A DNA stretch of 64,000 bases from Minisyncoccota bacterium (GCA_041650615.1 JBAZKU010000001.1:458750-522749), one strand, 5' to 3'; counted from the stretch's first letter, positions 39,991 to 49,335 are shown. Notes: generated by a model from the letters alone, not told the origin. Numbers and translations: made by a program.

Positions 39991-40143
39991 ATGTAAAAAG
40001 ACCACCAAATATAACCACAATTTAAACAATGTAAAAAGACCACCAAATATAACCACAATTTAAACAATGTAATAAAGACCGTTAAATATAACCACAATTT
40101 AAACAATGTAAAAAGACCCTGAATATAATCGCAATTTTAAATA
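39991..40143. repeat. tandem repeat, four units of 38-39 bp
   Basis: ATGTAAAAAGACCACCAAATATAACCACAATTTAAACA twice exactly, then two diverged copies; no spacers. Confidence 0.9.
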
Positions 40144-40261
40144 TATTTTTATTATAATATTTTAATTAAACTAATGCAATTCTGAATCAGCTTTTATTTT
40201 AAGCATTATTTGTTTCTTTATAAAAAAGGTGTAAAATAATATGTATTATTATAATAATTTT

Positions 40262-40333
40262 GCGCCCGTAGCTCAACGGATAGAGTACCGGTCTTCGGAA
40301 CCGTGGATGTGGGTTCGATTCCTACCGGGCGCA
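40262..40333 (+). tRNA. tRNA-Arg(UCG)
   Basis: GCGCCCG acceptor, anticodon loop CTTCGGA, GGTTCGATTCC. Confidence 0.92.
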
Positions 40334-40340
40334 CAAAACA

Positions 40341-41831
40341 ATGAATACTATAAAAAGTTTAATGTCAAAAATTCCCAAAGAGGTTTCACATGTAACGAAC
40401 ACACTTGAAAAAGCGGGGTTTAAAGCATATTTAATTGGTGGATGTGTTCGAGATCTCCTAATGGACAGGGAACCTAAAGATTGGGATGTAACGACAAGTG
40501 CCAAACCGGAACAGATCATTGAACTCTTTGAAAAAACAGTATATGAAAACGAATTCGGAACGGTAATGGTTATTCAAGATGATGTTTCACAAGAAACATT
40601 ACGCCAAATAGAAGTTACTCCTTATAGAATTGAGGCAAGATATAGCGATTTTAGACACCCTGATGAAGTAAAGTTTAGCGATAAGCTAGAAGATGATTTA
40701 AAAAGGCGTGATTTTACAGTAAATGCTATGGCTTATAGAAATGGGCAATTAACGGACATGTTTAATGGATTAAAGGACATAGAAGATAAAATGTTAAAAG
40801 CGGTAGGAGAATCTGATGACCGTTTTAAAGAAGATGCGCTCAGAATGCTTCGGGCTGTCCGTATAGCTTTACAGCTTGGTTTTTCTGTGTCTTATGAAAG
40901 TAGTGAAAGTATTTTAAAAAATGCGAATTTAATAAAAAAAATATCACCGGAAAGAATTCGCGATGAACTTATAAAAATAATTTTGTCTAAAAATCCTTCC
41001 GTTGGAATTATAATGCTTCAAAAATTTGGATTATTAAAAAACATAATTCCAGAACTAGAAGAGGGAATTAATTGCGAACAAGGAGGCGAGCATATTTATG
41101 ATGTTTTTAACCATTTACTTCATGCCTTGCAACACTCTGCAGATAAAAATTGGCCTTTAGAAGTAAGGCTCGCAGCGCTTTTTCATGATATAGGAAAGCC
41201 AAAAAGTAGAAGATTAGCAGAGAGCGCTGGTTCGGCTAATAAAAAGAAATTTACCTTCTATGGTCATGAAGTTTTGAGTGCACGAATGGCAAAAAAAATA
41301 ATGGAACGATTGAAATTTTCCAAAAAAGAAATTGAACTGGTTGAAAAACTTATTCGCAATCATATGTTTTTTTCCGATACGGAGTTAATCACACTTTCTG
41401 CAGTACGAAGAATTATTACCAAAGTTGGTCAGGAAAATATTTGGTTGCTAATGGACGTCCGTGAGTGCGATAGGGTAGGAATGAAGAAAAAAGAAGCACC
41501 TTATCGCCTGCGAAAGTATTTTGCCATGATAGAAGAAGCGTTACATGACCCGATTTCTGTCGGGCAGCTTAAAATTAACGGAGAATTTATGATAAAAGAA
41601 TTAGGAATAATTCCAGGTCCGCGAATGGGGTGGATTTTACACGCGCTTCTTGAAGAAGTTTTAGATGATCCGAAGAAAAATACGAAAGAACATCTTTCGG
41701 AGCTAGTTAAATCACTAAATATTCTTCCAGATGATGCATTAAGAACTTTAGGTGAGCGCGGGAAAGAAAAAAAAGAGGAATTGGAGGAAAAAGAAATAGA
41801 AAAACTGCACACAAAACATGGGGTGAGATAA
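40341..41831 (+). CDS. cca: CCA tRNA nucleotidyltransferase with HD domain
   Basis: GGCVRD, KDWDVTT, RRDFTVNA, EDALRMLR, ERIRDE, FHDIGKP. Confidence 0.93.
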   Translation: MNTIKSLMSKIPKEVSHVTNTLEKAGFKAYLIGGCVRDLLMDREPKDWDVTTSAKPEQIIELFEKTVYENEFGTVMVIQDDVSQETLRQIEVTPYRIEARYSDFRHPDEVKFSDKLEDDLKRRDFTVNAMAYRNGQLTDMFNGLKDIEDKMLKAVGESDDRFKEDALRMLRAVRIALQLGFSVSYESSESILKNANLIKKISPERIRDELIKIILSKNPSVGIIMLQKFGLLKNIIPELEEGINCEQGGEHIYDVFNHLLHALQHSADKNWPLEVRLAALFHDIGKPKSRRLAESAGSANKKKFTFYGHEVLSARMAKKIMERLKFSKKEIELVEKLIRNHMFFSDTELITLSAVRRIITKVGQENIWLLMDVRECDRVGMKKKEAPYRLRKYFAMIEEALHDPISVGQLKINGEFMIKELGIIPGPRMGWILHALLEEVLDDPKKNTKEHLSELVKSLNILPDDALRTLGERGKEKKEELEEKEIEKLHTKHGVR

Positions 41832-41851
41832 AAATATGTTAAGATAAAATT

Positions 41852-42778
41852 ATGAGAATTGGAATTTTTGATTCGGGGGTGGGAGGGCTGATTATTGCCA
41901 AAGCGATAAGAAAAATGATGTCGGAATATGATTATGTATATTTAGGAGACACCAAAAGAGTGCCTTATGGTAATCGCTCATATGAGGCAGTTTTTGAATT
42001 CACTAAAGAAGCGATGAATTATCTATTTAAGAAAGAAAATTGCGCCATTGTCATTATTGCTTGTAATACAGCCTCTGCTAGAGCTCTCCGAAGAATTCAG
42101 CGGGAATATTTGGTTGATTACAATGCTACTCGCAGAGTAATGGGGGAGTCTGTTGAAAGAAAAATATTGGGAGTTTTGATTCCAACGGCGGAAGAATGCA
42201 CTAAATATAAAAGAGTGGGGATATTGGGAACTGCGGGAACAATAAATTCGAATACTTTTCCGAAGGAGATAAAAAAAGTAAATTCACAAAAGAAGAAAAG
42301 TTTGCTGCTTTTTCACGGCTCGCACTCGAACTTGGATGCGGTTAACGAGAGTAATCTTGCGTATGCCGAAAAAAGCACAAACTTTTCTTCTTTTACAACA
42401 GTTTTCCAAAATCCTGCGCCGATGCTTGTGCCTTTGATTGAAGAAGGGGAGAGAGTTTTAGCCAAAGAATTTCTTAAAAAATATTTAAAGCCATTTTTAA
42501 ATAAAAAACTGGATGCAGTAGCGCTTGGTTGCACTCATTATCCGTTTTATAAAAGTGAAATCAAAAAAATTCTTGGTCCAAAAGTAAAAATTATTTCTCA
42601 AGACGAAATTATTCCTAAAAAACTAAAAGAATATTTTGCGAGACATCCGGAGGTCACAAAAAAATTAACCCAAAACAGTAAAGCTCAAATACTTGTCACA
42701 GACTTAACTCCCAATATCCTGAAACTTTCAAAAAAATGGTTTGGAGGGAAGATAAAACCAAAACTGATTAGCCTATAA
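41852..42778 (+). CDS. murI: glutamate racemase, with in-frame hairpin insertion
   Basis: FDSGVGGL, PYG, IACNTAS, LGCTHYP. Confidence 0.96.
   Translation: MRIGIFDSGVGGLIIAKAIRKMMSEYDYVYLGDTKRVPYGNRSYEAVFEFTKEAMNYLFKKENCAIVIIACNTASARALRRIQREYLVDYNATRRVMGESVERKILGVLIPTAEECTKYKRVGILGTAGTINSNTFPKEIKKVNSQKKKSLLLFHGSHSNLDAVNESNLAYAEKSTNFSSFTTVFQNPAPMLVPLIEEGERVLAKEFLKKYLKPFLNKKLDAVALGCTHYPFYKSEIKKILGPKVKIISQDEIIPKKLKEYFARHPEVTKKLTQNSKAQILVTDLTPNILKLSKKWFGGKIKPKLISL
42288..42394. repeat. in-frame palindromic insertion in murI
   Basis: arms AAAAGAAGAAAAGTTTG(C)TGCTTTTT/AAAAAGCACAAACTTTTCTTCTTTT around a GC-richer core. Confidence 0.8.
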
Positions 42779-42783
42779 TTTTG

Positions 42784-42867
42784 TGCCGTGGGGGAGACTC
42801 GAACTCCCAAGGAATTGCTTCCACTAGTACCTGAAACTAGCGCGTCTACCAATTTCGCCACCACGGC
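42784..42867 (-). tRNA. tRNA-Leu(CAG)
   Basis: GCCGTGG acceptor, anticodon loop TTCAGGT, long variable arm, GTTCGAGTC. Confidence 0.93.
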
Positions 42868-42873
42868 ATTTAT

Positions 42874-43641
42874 TTAAATCTCCAGCCAAATAGGACAGTG
42901 ATCGGAACCGTAATAATCAGATAATATGCCTGTGCCTTTTATTTTAGCAATGATTTCGGAACTGGCGAAAAAGTAGTCGAAACGCCAGCCAACATTTCTG
43001 TCTCTGGCAAAAGTTTTCATATCCCAATAAGTATAAGCACCGATTTTATTGGGATAAAATTTTCTAAAGACATCTATAAAGTTATTTTTTATTACTTTAT
43101 CTATCCAAGCGCGTTCAATAGGCAAGAATCCGGTATTTTCTTCATTTGCTTTTGGGCGAGCGAGGTCTATTTCTTTATGGGAAGTGTTCACATCTCCGCA
43201 GAAAATAACATGTTCACCATTCTTTCGTAATCTCAGGATAAATTTCAAAAAAGTTTCGTAAAATTCAAGCTTGTATTTTAATCGATGAGGGCCTTGTCCG
43301 CCATTTGGAAAATAAGCAGTGATGATAGTAAAATTTTCAAATTTTGCGCCAACTATTCTTCCTTCACCGTCAAATTTTTTAATGCCCATGCCGTAAAAAA
43401 TTTCTTTTGGTTTTTCTTTTGAATAAATTGCTACCCCACTATATCCTTTTCTTAATTTTGAATATGAAAAATATGAATAATAGCCGGGGACATTGCGCGT
43501 TTCTTCTGTAAGTTGGTCTGGCTCTGCTTTTGTTTCCTGCAGACATAGAATATCGGGCTTCTCTTCTTTAAATAAAGGCATGAAAAAACCTTGTTTTACT
43601 GTTGCTCTTAGTCCATTTGTATTCCAAGAAATTATCTTCAT
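42874..43641 (-). CDS. xth: exodeoxyribonuclease III (AP endonuclease)
   Basis: SWNTNGLRA, LQETK, GYSGVA, GDVN, GWRFDY, SDHCP. Confidence 0.96.
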   Translation of the reverse strand: MKIISWNTNGLRATVKQGFFMPLFKEEKPDILCLQETKAEPDQLTEETRNVPGYYSYFSYSKLRKGYSGVAIYSKEKPKEIFYGMGIKKFDGEGRIVGAKFENFTIITAYFPNGGQGPHRLKYKLEFYETFLKFILRLRKNGEHVIFCGDVNTSHKEIDLARPKANEENTGFLPIERAWIDKVIKNNFIDVFRKFYPNKIGAYTYWDMKTFARDRNVGWRFDYFFASSEIIAKIKGTGILSDYYGSDHCPIWLEI

Positions 43642-43657
43642 ACATTATTATGATAAC

Positions 43658-43771
43658 ATAAAGTCGTGAAACTAAGATTTTTTCACCACGAAAATTTTCT
43701 GCTGAAAATTTTCTCTGTCCGTCGCCGTCGCTCCTCCCAAGGGTTCAAAAATCTTAGTTTCACGACTTTAT
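43658..43771 (+). repeat. hairpin element family B, intergenic copy
   Basis: perfect 25-bp arms ATAAAGTCGTGAAACTAAGATTTTT/AAAAATCTTAGTTTCACGACTTTAT around the family B core. Confidence 0.9.
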
Positions 43772-44682
43772 TTGTGACTGTGAAACTTTTTATGTACATC
43801 TAGTAATTGCCTGTCAGTAACGTGAGTATAAATTTGAGTTGTGGCGATATTGGAATGTCCAAGCATCATTTGAACAGAACGGATGTCTGCGCCGTTTTGC
43901 AATAAATCCGTAGCGAAACAATGCCTAATTATGTGCGGGGTAACTTTTTTTGAAATACCGGCCTTAATCGCATATTGTTTCACAATTCTTTCAATAGACC
44001 TCTTGGTTAATGGACCAGTTTCTTTTTGAGAAGTTTCCTTTCCCACTTTTACAAAGAGCGCATCATCCATATCTTTTCGCAATGCCAGGTATTTTTTAAT
44101 GGCATCTTTCGCTTCGGGAGATATAAAAACCACTCTGATTTTTCCCCCCTTGCCACGAATGGAAAATTGTTCAGATCCGAGATCAATATCATTAGTTAAA
44201 CTACAGAGCTCAGAAACACGAAGACCGGTGGAAAAAAGGAGTTCCAATATAGCTTTATCTCGCAATGATTTTATGTCATTTCCTTTAGGTGCATCAAGCA
44301 GGCGGCGAAGTTCTGTTTGGGTGATTAAATCAAGAGATCTTTCCGTGATTTTAGCCAATTCTATTCTTTCAGCTGGCATTGATTTTATTCCTTGTCGTGC
44401 AAGATATTTCAGAAAGGCTCTTATGGCTATCAGATAATAATTTTGGGTTTTTTTAGACAAAGTTTCGCCTGTAGCTTTATTATTACCGGTGGATTGGCGA
44501 TTAAGCCAAAGACGAAATTCCCGCACGGTGTTGTCGTTTATATTTGTTGGATTATCATTTTTTACGAAATCTAAAAAGCGAGTAAGGTAATGGTCATAAT
44601 TTCTAACCGTATTAAGCGCTCGGCCTCTTTCTATTTCTACATATTCCAAAAATTGAGTTTTAAGCTGTTTGAGGGATGCCAT
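43768..44682 (-). CDS. xerC: XerC/XerD-type tyrosine recombinase
   Basis: RDKAILELLFSTGLRVSEL, GKGGK, TPHIIRHCFAT, LGHSNIATTQIYTH; housekeeping context. Confidence 0.85.
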   Translation of the reverse strand: MASLKQLKTQFLEYVEIERGRALNTVRNYDHYLTRFLDFVKNDNPTNINDNTVREFRLWLNRQSTGNNKATGETLSKKTQNYYLIAIRAFLKYLARQGIKSMPAERIELAKITERSLDLITQTELRRLLDAPKGNDIKSLRDKAILELLFSTGLRVSELCSLTNDIDLGSEQFSIRGKGGKIRVVFISPEAKDAIKKYLALRKDMDDALFVKVGKETSQKETGPLTKRSIERIVKQYAIKAGISKKVTPHIIRHCFATDLLQNGADIRSVQMMLGHSNIATTQIYTHVTDRQLLDVHKKFHSHK

Positions 44683-44722
44683 AATCTAATTTTACCATGT
44701 CGCACAATATTTTAGAAGGAAA

Positions 44723-44813
44723 ATCGTTGCCTATGAAGAATTTAAGAAACGTGTGGGTTCCCTGTCCTTTTGACTCCGAGGGCGCAATTTCGAAATTCTT
44801 CATAGGCAACGAT
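44723..44813 (+). repeat. hairpin element family D
   Basis: perfect 21-bp arms ATCGTTGCCTATGAAGAATTT/AAATTCTTCATAGGCAACGAT; core shared with 63650-63681. Confidence 0.88.
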
Positions 44814-44855
44814 AAAACCTTGCAATTTCAACGACTTTATGCTAATGTGAAGTAC

Positions 44856-45119
44856 ATGTTAACCACAAAGAAAAAGCAAACAATTATAAAGAAAAATCAA
44901 ATTCATGAGAAAGATACTGGCTCTTCTGAGGTTCAGGTAGCTGTTTTATCCACTCAAATAGAAGAATTGGCAAAACATTTAAAAAAACACAAAAAAGACA
45001 ACAGTTCTCGCAGGGGGCTTATTAAAATGGTAGCTGATAGGCGTACTCATTTGAAGTATTTAGAACGCAAAAACAAGCCTCGTTATAATGCACTCATGAA
45101 AAAGATGAATCTCGTCTAG
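44856..45119 (+). CDS. rpsO: 30S ribosomal protein S15
   Basis: DTGSSEVQVAVL, HKKDNSSRRGL; true start MLTTKKK (the track's N-terminal extension runs through the repeat). Confidence 0.97.
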   Translation: MLTTKKKQTIIKKNQIHEKDTGSSEVQVAVLSTQIEELAKHLKKHKKDNSSRRGLIKMVADRRTHLKYLERKNKPRYNALMKKMNLV

Positions 45120-45139
45120 TCTTTTGCTATAATCTATTT

Positions 45140-45646
45140 ATGACAGTAATAAAAAATAAAGAACAAAGAGTTGGAGTTTTTATTGATACACAAAATTTAT
45201 ATCATTCGGCTCGCAATTTATATAATGCGCGAGTAAATTTTGGCGCGGTTTTGAAAGAAGCAGTAGCGGGAAGAAAACTTGTTCGCGCTGTGGCTTATGT
45301 TATTACTTCCGAAGCGGGTGATGAAAAGAATTTTTTTGAAGCGCTTAGTAAACTGGGCATTGAAACAAAGACAAAGGATTTACAGGTTTATGGTGGGTTT
45401 AAAAAAGGCGATTGGGATGTCGGTTTGGCGGTGGATGCTATTAAATTTGCGCCGAAACTGGATGCGGTTGTATTGGTTGCCGGTGATGGCGATTATGTGC
45501 CGATGGTTGAATATATTCAGAACATAGGCACGCAAGTGGAAGCTATTTCTTTTGGAAAATCAACCTCCGGCAAACTTCGCGAAGCCGTGGATGATTTTAT
45601 TGACCTTTCTCTGAACCCAAAGAAATATTTGATAAATGCGAGATAA
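45140..45646 (+). CDS. NYN domain (LabA/DUF88) protein
   Basis: FIDTQNLY, KGDWDVGLAVD, GDGDY, DDFIDL. Confidence 0.9.
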   Translation: MTVIKNKEQRVGVFIDTQNLYHSARNLYNARVNFGAVLKEAVAGRKLVRAVAYVITSEAGDEKNFFEALSKLGIETKTKDLQVYGGFKKGDWDVGLAVDAIKFAPKLDAVVLVAGDGDYVPMVEYIQNIGTQVEAISFGKSTSGKLREAVDDFIDLSLNPKKYLINAR

Positions 45647-45664
45647 GATTTTATAAGTTAACCG

Positions 45665-45756
45665 GTTCGCGTTCGGACAAAAAGTAGTGTTCTCAAAAAT
45701 ATTGAGGAACAATACTGTAGTCTGAACACGAACTATAGTCCCGACCTAGGTCGGGA
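45665..45756 (+). promoter_or_regulatory. long hairpin in pnp leader plus 18-bp palindrome
   Basis: GTTCGCGTTCGGAC/GTCTGAACACGAAC and AGTAGTGTTCTCAA/TTGAGGAACAATACT stems; TCCCGACCTAGGTCGGGA. Confidence 0.6.
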
Positions 45757-45768
45757 TAAAAATATTTT

Positions 45769-47880
45769 ATGAAGAAAAAAGAGTATTCAGTTGAAATCGG
45801 CGGCAAGACATTGACTGCTATTTTCTCGGATTTAACAGAGCAAGCACATGGGTCCGTGATTTTAAAATACGGTGAAACAATTGTGTTGGCAACAGCTTGT
45901 ATGTCCAAAGACAGACAAGAAGGTTTGGGATTTTTTAATTTGACAGTAGATTATTTGGAAAAATTTTATGCTACCGGAAAAATTTTAGGGTCGCGCTTTA
46001 TGCACAGAGAAGGGAAACCATCAGAAGATGCAATTCTAGCTTGCCGAGTGATTGACAGAACTCTCCGTCCGCTTTTTAACCAATCTATCCGTCATGCTGT
46101 GCAAGTTATCACCACGGTCATTTCTTTAGACCAAGACGACCCGACAATTTTGGCCATCAACGCTGCTTCTCTTGCTTTGGCGGTATCTAATATTCCTTGG
46201 GCAGGACCAATCGGCGCAGTGCGTATTGGAAAATACGACGATGATAATTTGAAAATAAACCCCGCGCAGGGATTGCGACAAGATGATACAAAATATAAAT
46301 TTGACTTAACTATTTGCGGGAAAGATGGCAACTTGAATATGATTGAAGCCTCGGCTCATCAGGCCAAGGAAGAAGAATTGGAGGAAGCATTTAAAGTAGC
46401 AAGTGAGGAAATAACCAAATTAGAAAATTTTCAGAAAAAAATAGTGGCTGAAATAGGTATTCCAAAAAGGGTAATAGAAGAAGAAAAAATATCAGATGAA
46501 TCAGTAAAATTATTTAATGAAAATATATTACCGAAAATGAAAAGCGCCCTATTTGCCGGAGCCGGAAAAAAGAAAATAGACGAACTACATAATGTTTGGA
46601 ATAAAATGGTGGCAGAAAAATACCCGGACAGGGATGATTTCACTTTAGAGGATAATCTTTTTGATAACACGGAAAATAATATGCTACACGAAAAGGCTAT
46701 AAAAGAGAACAAGCGCGCCGATGGCCGGGCGATGGATGAAATTCGGGACCTTTATGTTCAAGCTGGAGGAATTTCTTCAATTTTGCATGGTAGCGGAATT
46801 TTTTATCGCGGAGGAACGCATGTGCTTTCTATCCTTACTCTCGCTGGCCCCGAAGAAAAACTTTTAGTTGACGGCATGGAAACAAAAGAAGAAAAAAGAT
46901 TTATGCATCATTATAATTTCCCGCCTTATTCCAGTGGGGAAGTTGGTCGTATAGGCACTACTAATCGCAGGGAAATCGGTCACGGGGCATTGGCTGAAAA
47001 AGCTTTAGCGATGGTTTTGCCGAGCGTGGAAGATTTTCCTTACACTATGCGCCTGGTTTCCGAATCAATGGCATCAAATGGTTCTACTTCTCAAGCTTCA
47101 ATCTGTGCATCCTCTATTGCCCTAATGGATGGAGGGGTTCCGATTAAAGCGCCGGTTGCTGGCATTGCTATGGGGCTGATGTATAAGAATAACAACGAGT
47201 ATAAAATTTTAACCGATATTCAGGGACCGGAAGACCATCATGGTGATATGGATTTTAAAGTTGCAGGGACAAAAGAAGGAATTACAGCCATTCAACTTGA
47301 TGTAAAAGTGGAAGGAGTGCCGATAAAAATATTAGCTGAAGCGATGGAACAATCCAAGAAAGCAAGAATCGCAATTTTGGATAAAATTGAAAAAGAAATT
47401 CCTACACCAAGAGCTCATATTTCTCCTAATGCACCAAAGATTCTGATTATCAGAATTAAGCAAGACCAAATCGGTATGGTTATCGGAAGTGGAGGAAAAA
47501 CTATTAAAGACATAAAAGATAAAACAGGGGCGGAAATAACTATTGAAGATGATGGCACAGTGTATTTAACTGGAAAAGATGATATGGCGGAAAAAGCTAA
47601 AGCTATTATAGAAGAAATGACTCATGAATTTAAAGTTGGAGAAGTGTTGAAAGGGGAAGTGGTTAAATTGGCGGATTTTGGAGTGTTTGTCAGATTAAAT
47701 CCTTTTACCGACGGGATGGTGCATATTTCCGAAATGGCTCCGTTTCGCGTAGAACGAGTTAGCGATATAATAAGAGAAGGGACAATTGTGCCAGTGAAGG
47801 TTATAAAGATTGATGAGGAAAGAGGGAAAATCAGCTTATCAATAAAAGAAGCAGATAAGAATTTTTTTAAGAAGCCTTAA
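45769..47880 (+). CDS. pnp: polyribonucleotide nucleotidyltransferase
   Basis: IDRTLRPLF, HHYNFPPYS, RREIGHG, SNGSTS, DMDFKVAGT, KH and S1 domains. Confidence 0.98.
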   Translation: MKKKEYSVEIGGKTLTAIFSDLTEQAHGSVILKYGETIVLATACMSKDRQEGLGFFNLTVDYLEKFYATGKILGSRFMHREGKPSEDAILACRVIDRTLRPLFNQSIRHAVQVITTVISLDQDDPTILAINAASLALAVSNIPWAGPIGAVRIGKYDDDNLKINPAQGLRQDDTKYKFDLTICGKDGNLNMIEASAHQAKEEELEEAFKVASEEITKLENFQKKIVAEIGIPKRVIEEEKISDESVKLFNENILPKMKSALFAGAGKKKIDELHNVWNKMVAEKYPDRDDFTLEDNLFDNTENNMLHEKAIKENKRADGRAMDEIRDLYVQAGGISSILHGSGIFYRGGTHVLSILTLAGPEEKLLVDGMETKEEKRFMHHYNFPPYSSGEVGRIGTTNRREIGHGALAEKALAMVLPSVEDFPYTMRLVSESMASNGSTSQASICASSIALMDGGVPIKAPVAGIAMGLMYKNNNEYKILTDIQGPEDHHGDMDFKVAGTKEGITAIQLDVKVEGVPIKILAEAMEQSKKARIAILDKIEKEIPTPRAHISPNAPKILIIRIKQDQIGMVIGSGGKTIKDIKDKTGAEITIEDDGTVYLTGKDDMAEKAKAIIEEMTHEFKVGEVLKGEVVKLADFGVFVRLNPFTDGMVHISEMAPFRVERVSDIIREGTIVPVKVIKIDEERGKISLSIKEADKNFFKKP

Positions 47881-47885
47881 TGTTA

Positions 47886-48013
47886 TTTAAAAACTCTTTC
47901 TCGGTATATCTTTTTCTAGGGTACGGATTTTTTGAAGCTTAAAAAATCCTGAAGTTCTCGGCTCGTCAGCCTCGAAACCCCCTAAAAAAGATACACCTTC
48001 AACGAGTTTTTAA
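47886..48013 (+). repeat. hairpin element family A (variant copy)
   Basis: GGTACGGATTTTTTGAAGCTTAAAAAATCCTGAA core; locus-specific arms. Confidence 0.85.
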
Positions 48014-48021
48014 AATCAATT

Positions 48022-48894
48022 ATGGAAAACGAAAATAAATTTAAAAATAAAAATGTGGAAACCTATACCAGAGATATGGTAAAGGCTATTGAAAATGATA
48101 AAGGAGGATTGATAAAAAAAATAATTCACGAAGAAGAAGAGCATGAGGCTCAAAAGAAAAATTTATCTCCCGGCTCAAAGAAAAACAGGATATTTATGTT
48201 TATAAGCGTAGCACTTATATTTATAGCTTTAGCTGCTTTGTTTTTTTTGATATTTTTAAATAAAAAAATCGGCACCGTTTCAATTGTGCCACAAATGACT
48301 TCAATTATTTTTACCGATAAAAGTGATTTTAAAGCAATTGACGGACTTAATAAAGATAAAATAGAACAGACTGTTTTAAATCAGGTTAATGATACTGGAA
48401 CGAAGATAGGGGGAATAGATGGCATCTATCTTACGGAAAATAAAGAAACCGTAGGTTTTAAAGAATTTATAAAAATTATAAAAGGCAGTTTGATTGCTGA
48501 CCAGACGAGCTTAATTAGCGACAATTTTCTATTAGGAGCGTATGTAAGCGGCATAAAACAGACATCGCCCTCAGCAGGAGATTTTTTCATCTTGCTCAAT
48601 GTTCGTTCTTTCTCCGATATATTCCCAGTAATGCAAGCTTGGGAGAACAAAATGTTATATGACTTGGGTGGATTTTTCGGAATAGAAATAACTCCCAATA
48701 CCAATTATTTATTTACGAAAAATTTTGAGGATGGCATAGTGGCAAACAAAAATGCGCGAATTCTTTATGATAATAATGGGGGTATTGTTTTGATGTATAT
48801 ATTCGCCGACGATAATTTCATTATCATTTCCAATTCCGAATTAGCTACCCAGGAAGTAATCCTTCGACTGAATTCCAGTAAGATAAAAAAATAA
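48022..48894 (+). CDS. hypothetical single-pass membrane protein
   Basis: long ORF with a TM helix near residues 58-80. Confidence 0.75.
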   Translation: MENENKFKNKNVETYTRDMVKAIENDKGGLIKKIIHEEEEHEAQKKNLSPGSKKNRIFMFISVALIFIALAALFFLIFLNKKIGTVSIVPQMTSIIFTDKSDFKAIDGLNKDKIEQTVLNQVNDTGTKIGGIDGIYLTENKETVGFKEFIKIIKGSLIADQTSLISDNFLLGAYVSGIKQTSPSAGDFFILLNVRSFSDIFPVMQAWENKMLYDLGGFFGIEITPNTNYLFTKNFEDGIVANKNARILYDNNGGIVLMYIFADDNFIIISNSELATQEVILRLNSSKIKK

Positions 48895-48964
48895 AAAAGA
48901 TTTTTCTGCTTCTTTTGTCTGGCTATTTATTTGCCTTTTTGGGTGAAAGTGCTAGTATTTGGGT

Positions 48965-49321
48965 ATGTTAGACAAGAAAAAAATTAAAGAAAAATTGGAA
49001 AAGGAAAAAGAAGTTCTTCTTGAACAGCTTCGTGATATTGGAAAATTGAATCCGGAAACAAATGAATGGGAAGCAATTCCAGAAGAAAGAGATTCCAGAG
49101 AATCAGACCAAAATGACATGGCGGACAGATTTGAAGATTTTGAAGCAAGAAGCATTATGATAAAAGCCTTAGAAGGAAGAATGAATAGTGTTTTAAGCGC
49201 GCTTAAAGGATTGAATAGGGAGTCTTTTGGCAGATGTGAAGTATGCAAAAAAGATATTGAAATGGATAGAATGGAAGTCAACCCTGCAGCCAAAACCTGC
49301 AAGAAACATTTGAATGGGTAA
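48965..49321 (+). CDS. DksA/TraR zinc-finger family protein
   Basis: coiled coil with DMAD, FGRCEVC..I...RMEVNPAAKTCKKH. Confidence 0.85.
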   Translation: MLDKKKIKEKLEKEKEVLLEQLRDIGKLNPETNEWEAIPEERDSRESDQNDMADRFEDFEARSIMIKALEGRMNSVLSALKGLNRESFGRCEVCKKDIEMDRMEVNPAAKTCKKHLNG

Positions 49322-49335
49322 TTAAAAAATAATAT

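Larger units (their letters stand above)
39452..40598. promoter_or_regulatory. cluster of seven parS-like palindromes
   Basis: matches to TGTTTCACGTGAAACA at 39452, 39476, 39591, 39679, 39705 (15/16), 40382 and 40583. Confidence 0.75.

Noticed and set aside
39991-40143. CRISPR array
   Set aside because: Units are head-to-tail with no unique spacers, and no cas genes are in the window.
41213-41240. small hairpin inside cca (ATTAGCAGA...TCGGCTAAT)
   Set aside because: Arms too short and imperfect to separate from chance without an ortholog alignment.
43768-44682. phage or ICE integrase near tRNA-Leu
   Set aside because: Sequence and size fit housekeeping XerC/D, neighbours are core genes, and no att duplication of tRNA-Leu was seen.
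44697-44855. N-terminally extended S15 in the ORF track
   Set aside because: The extension is chance read-through of the family D element; the canonical-length start is at 44856.
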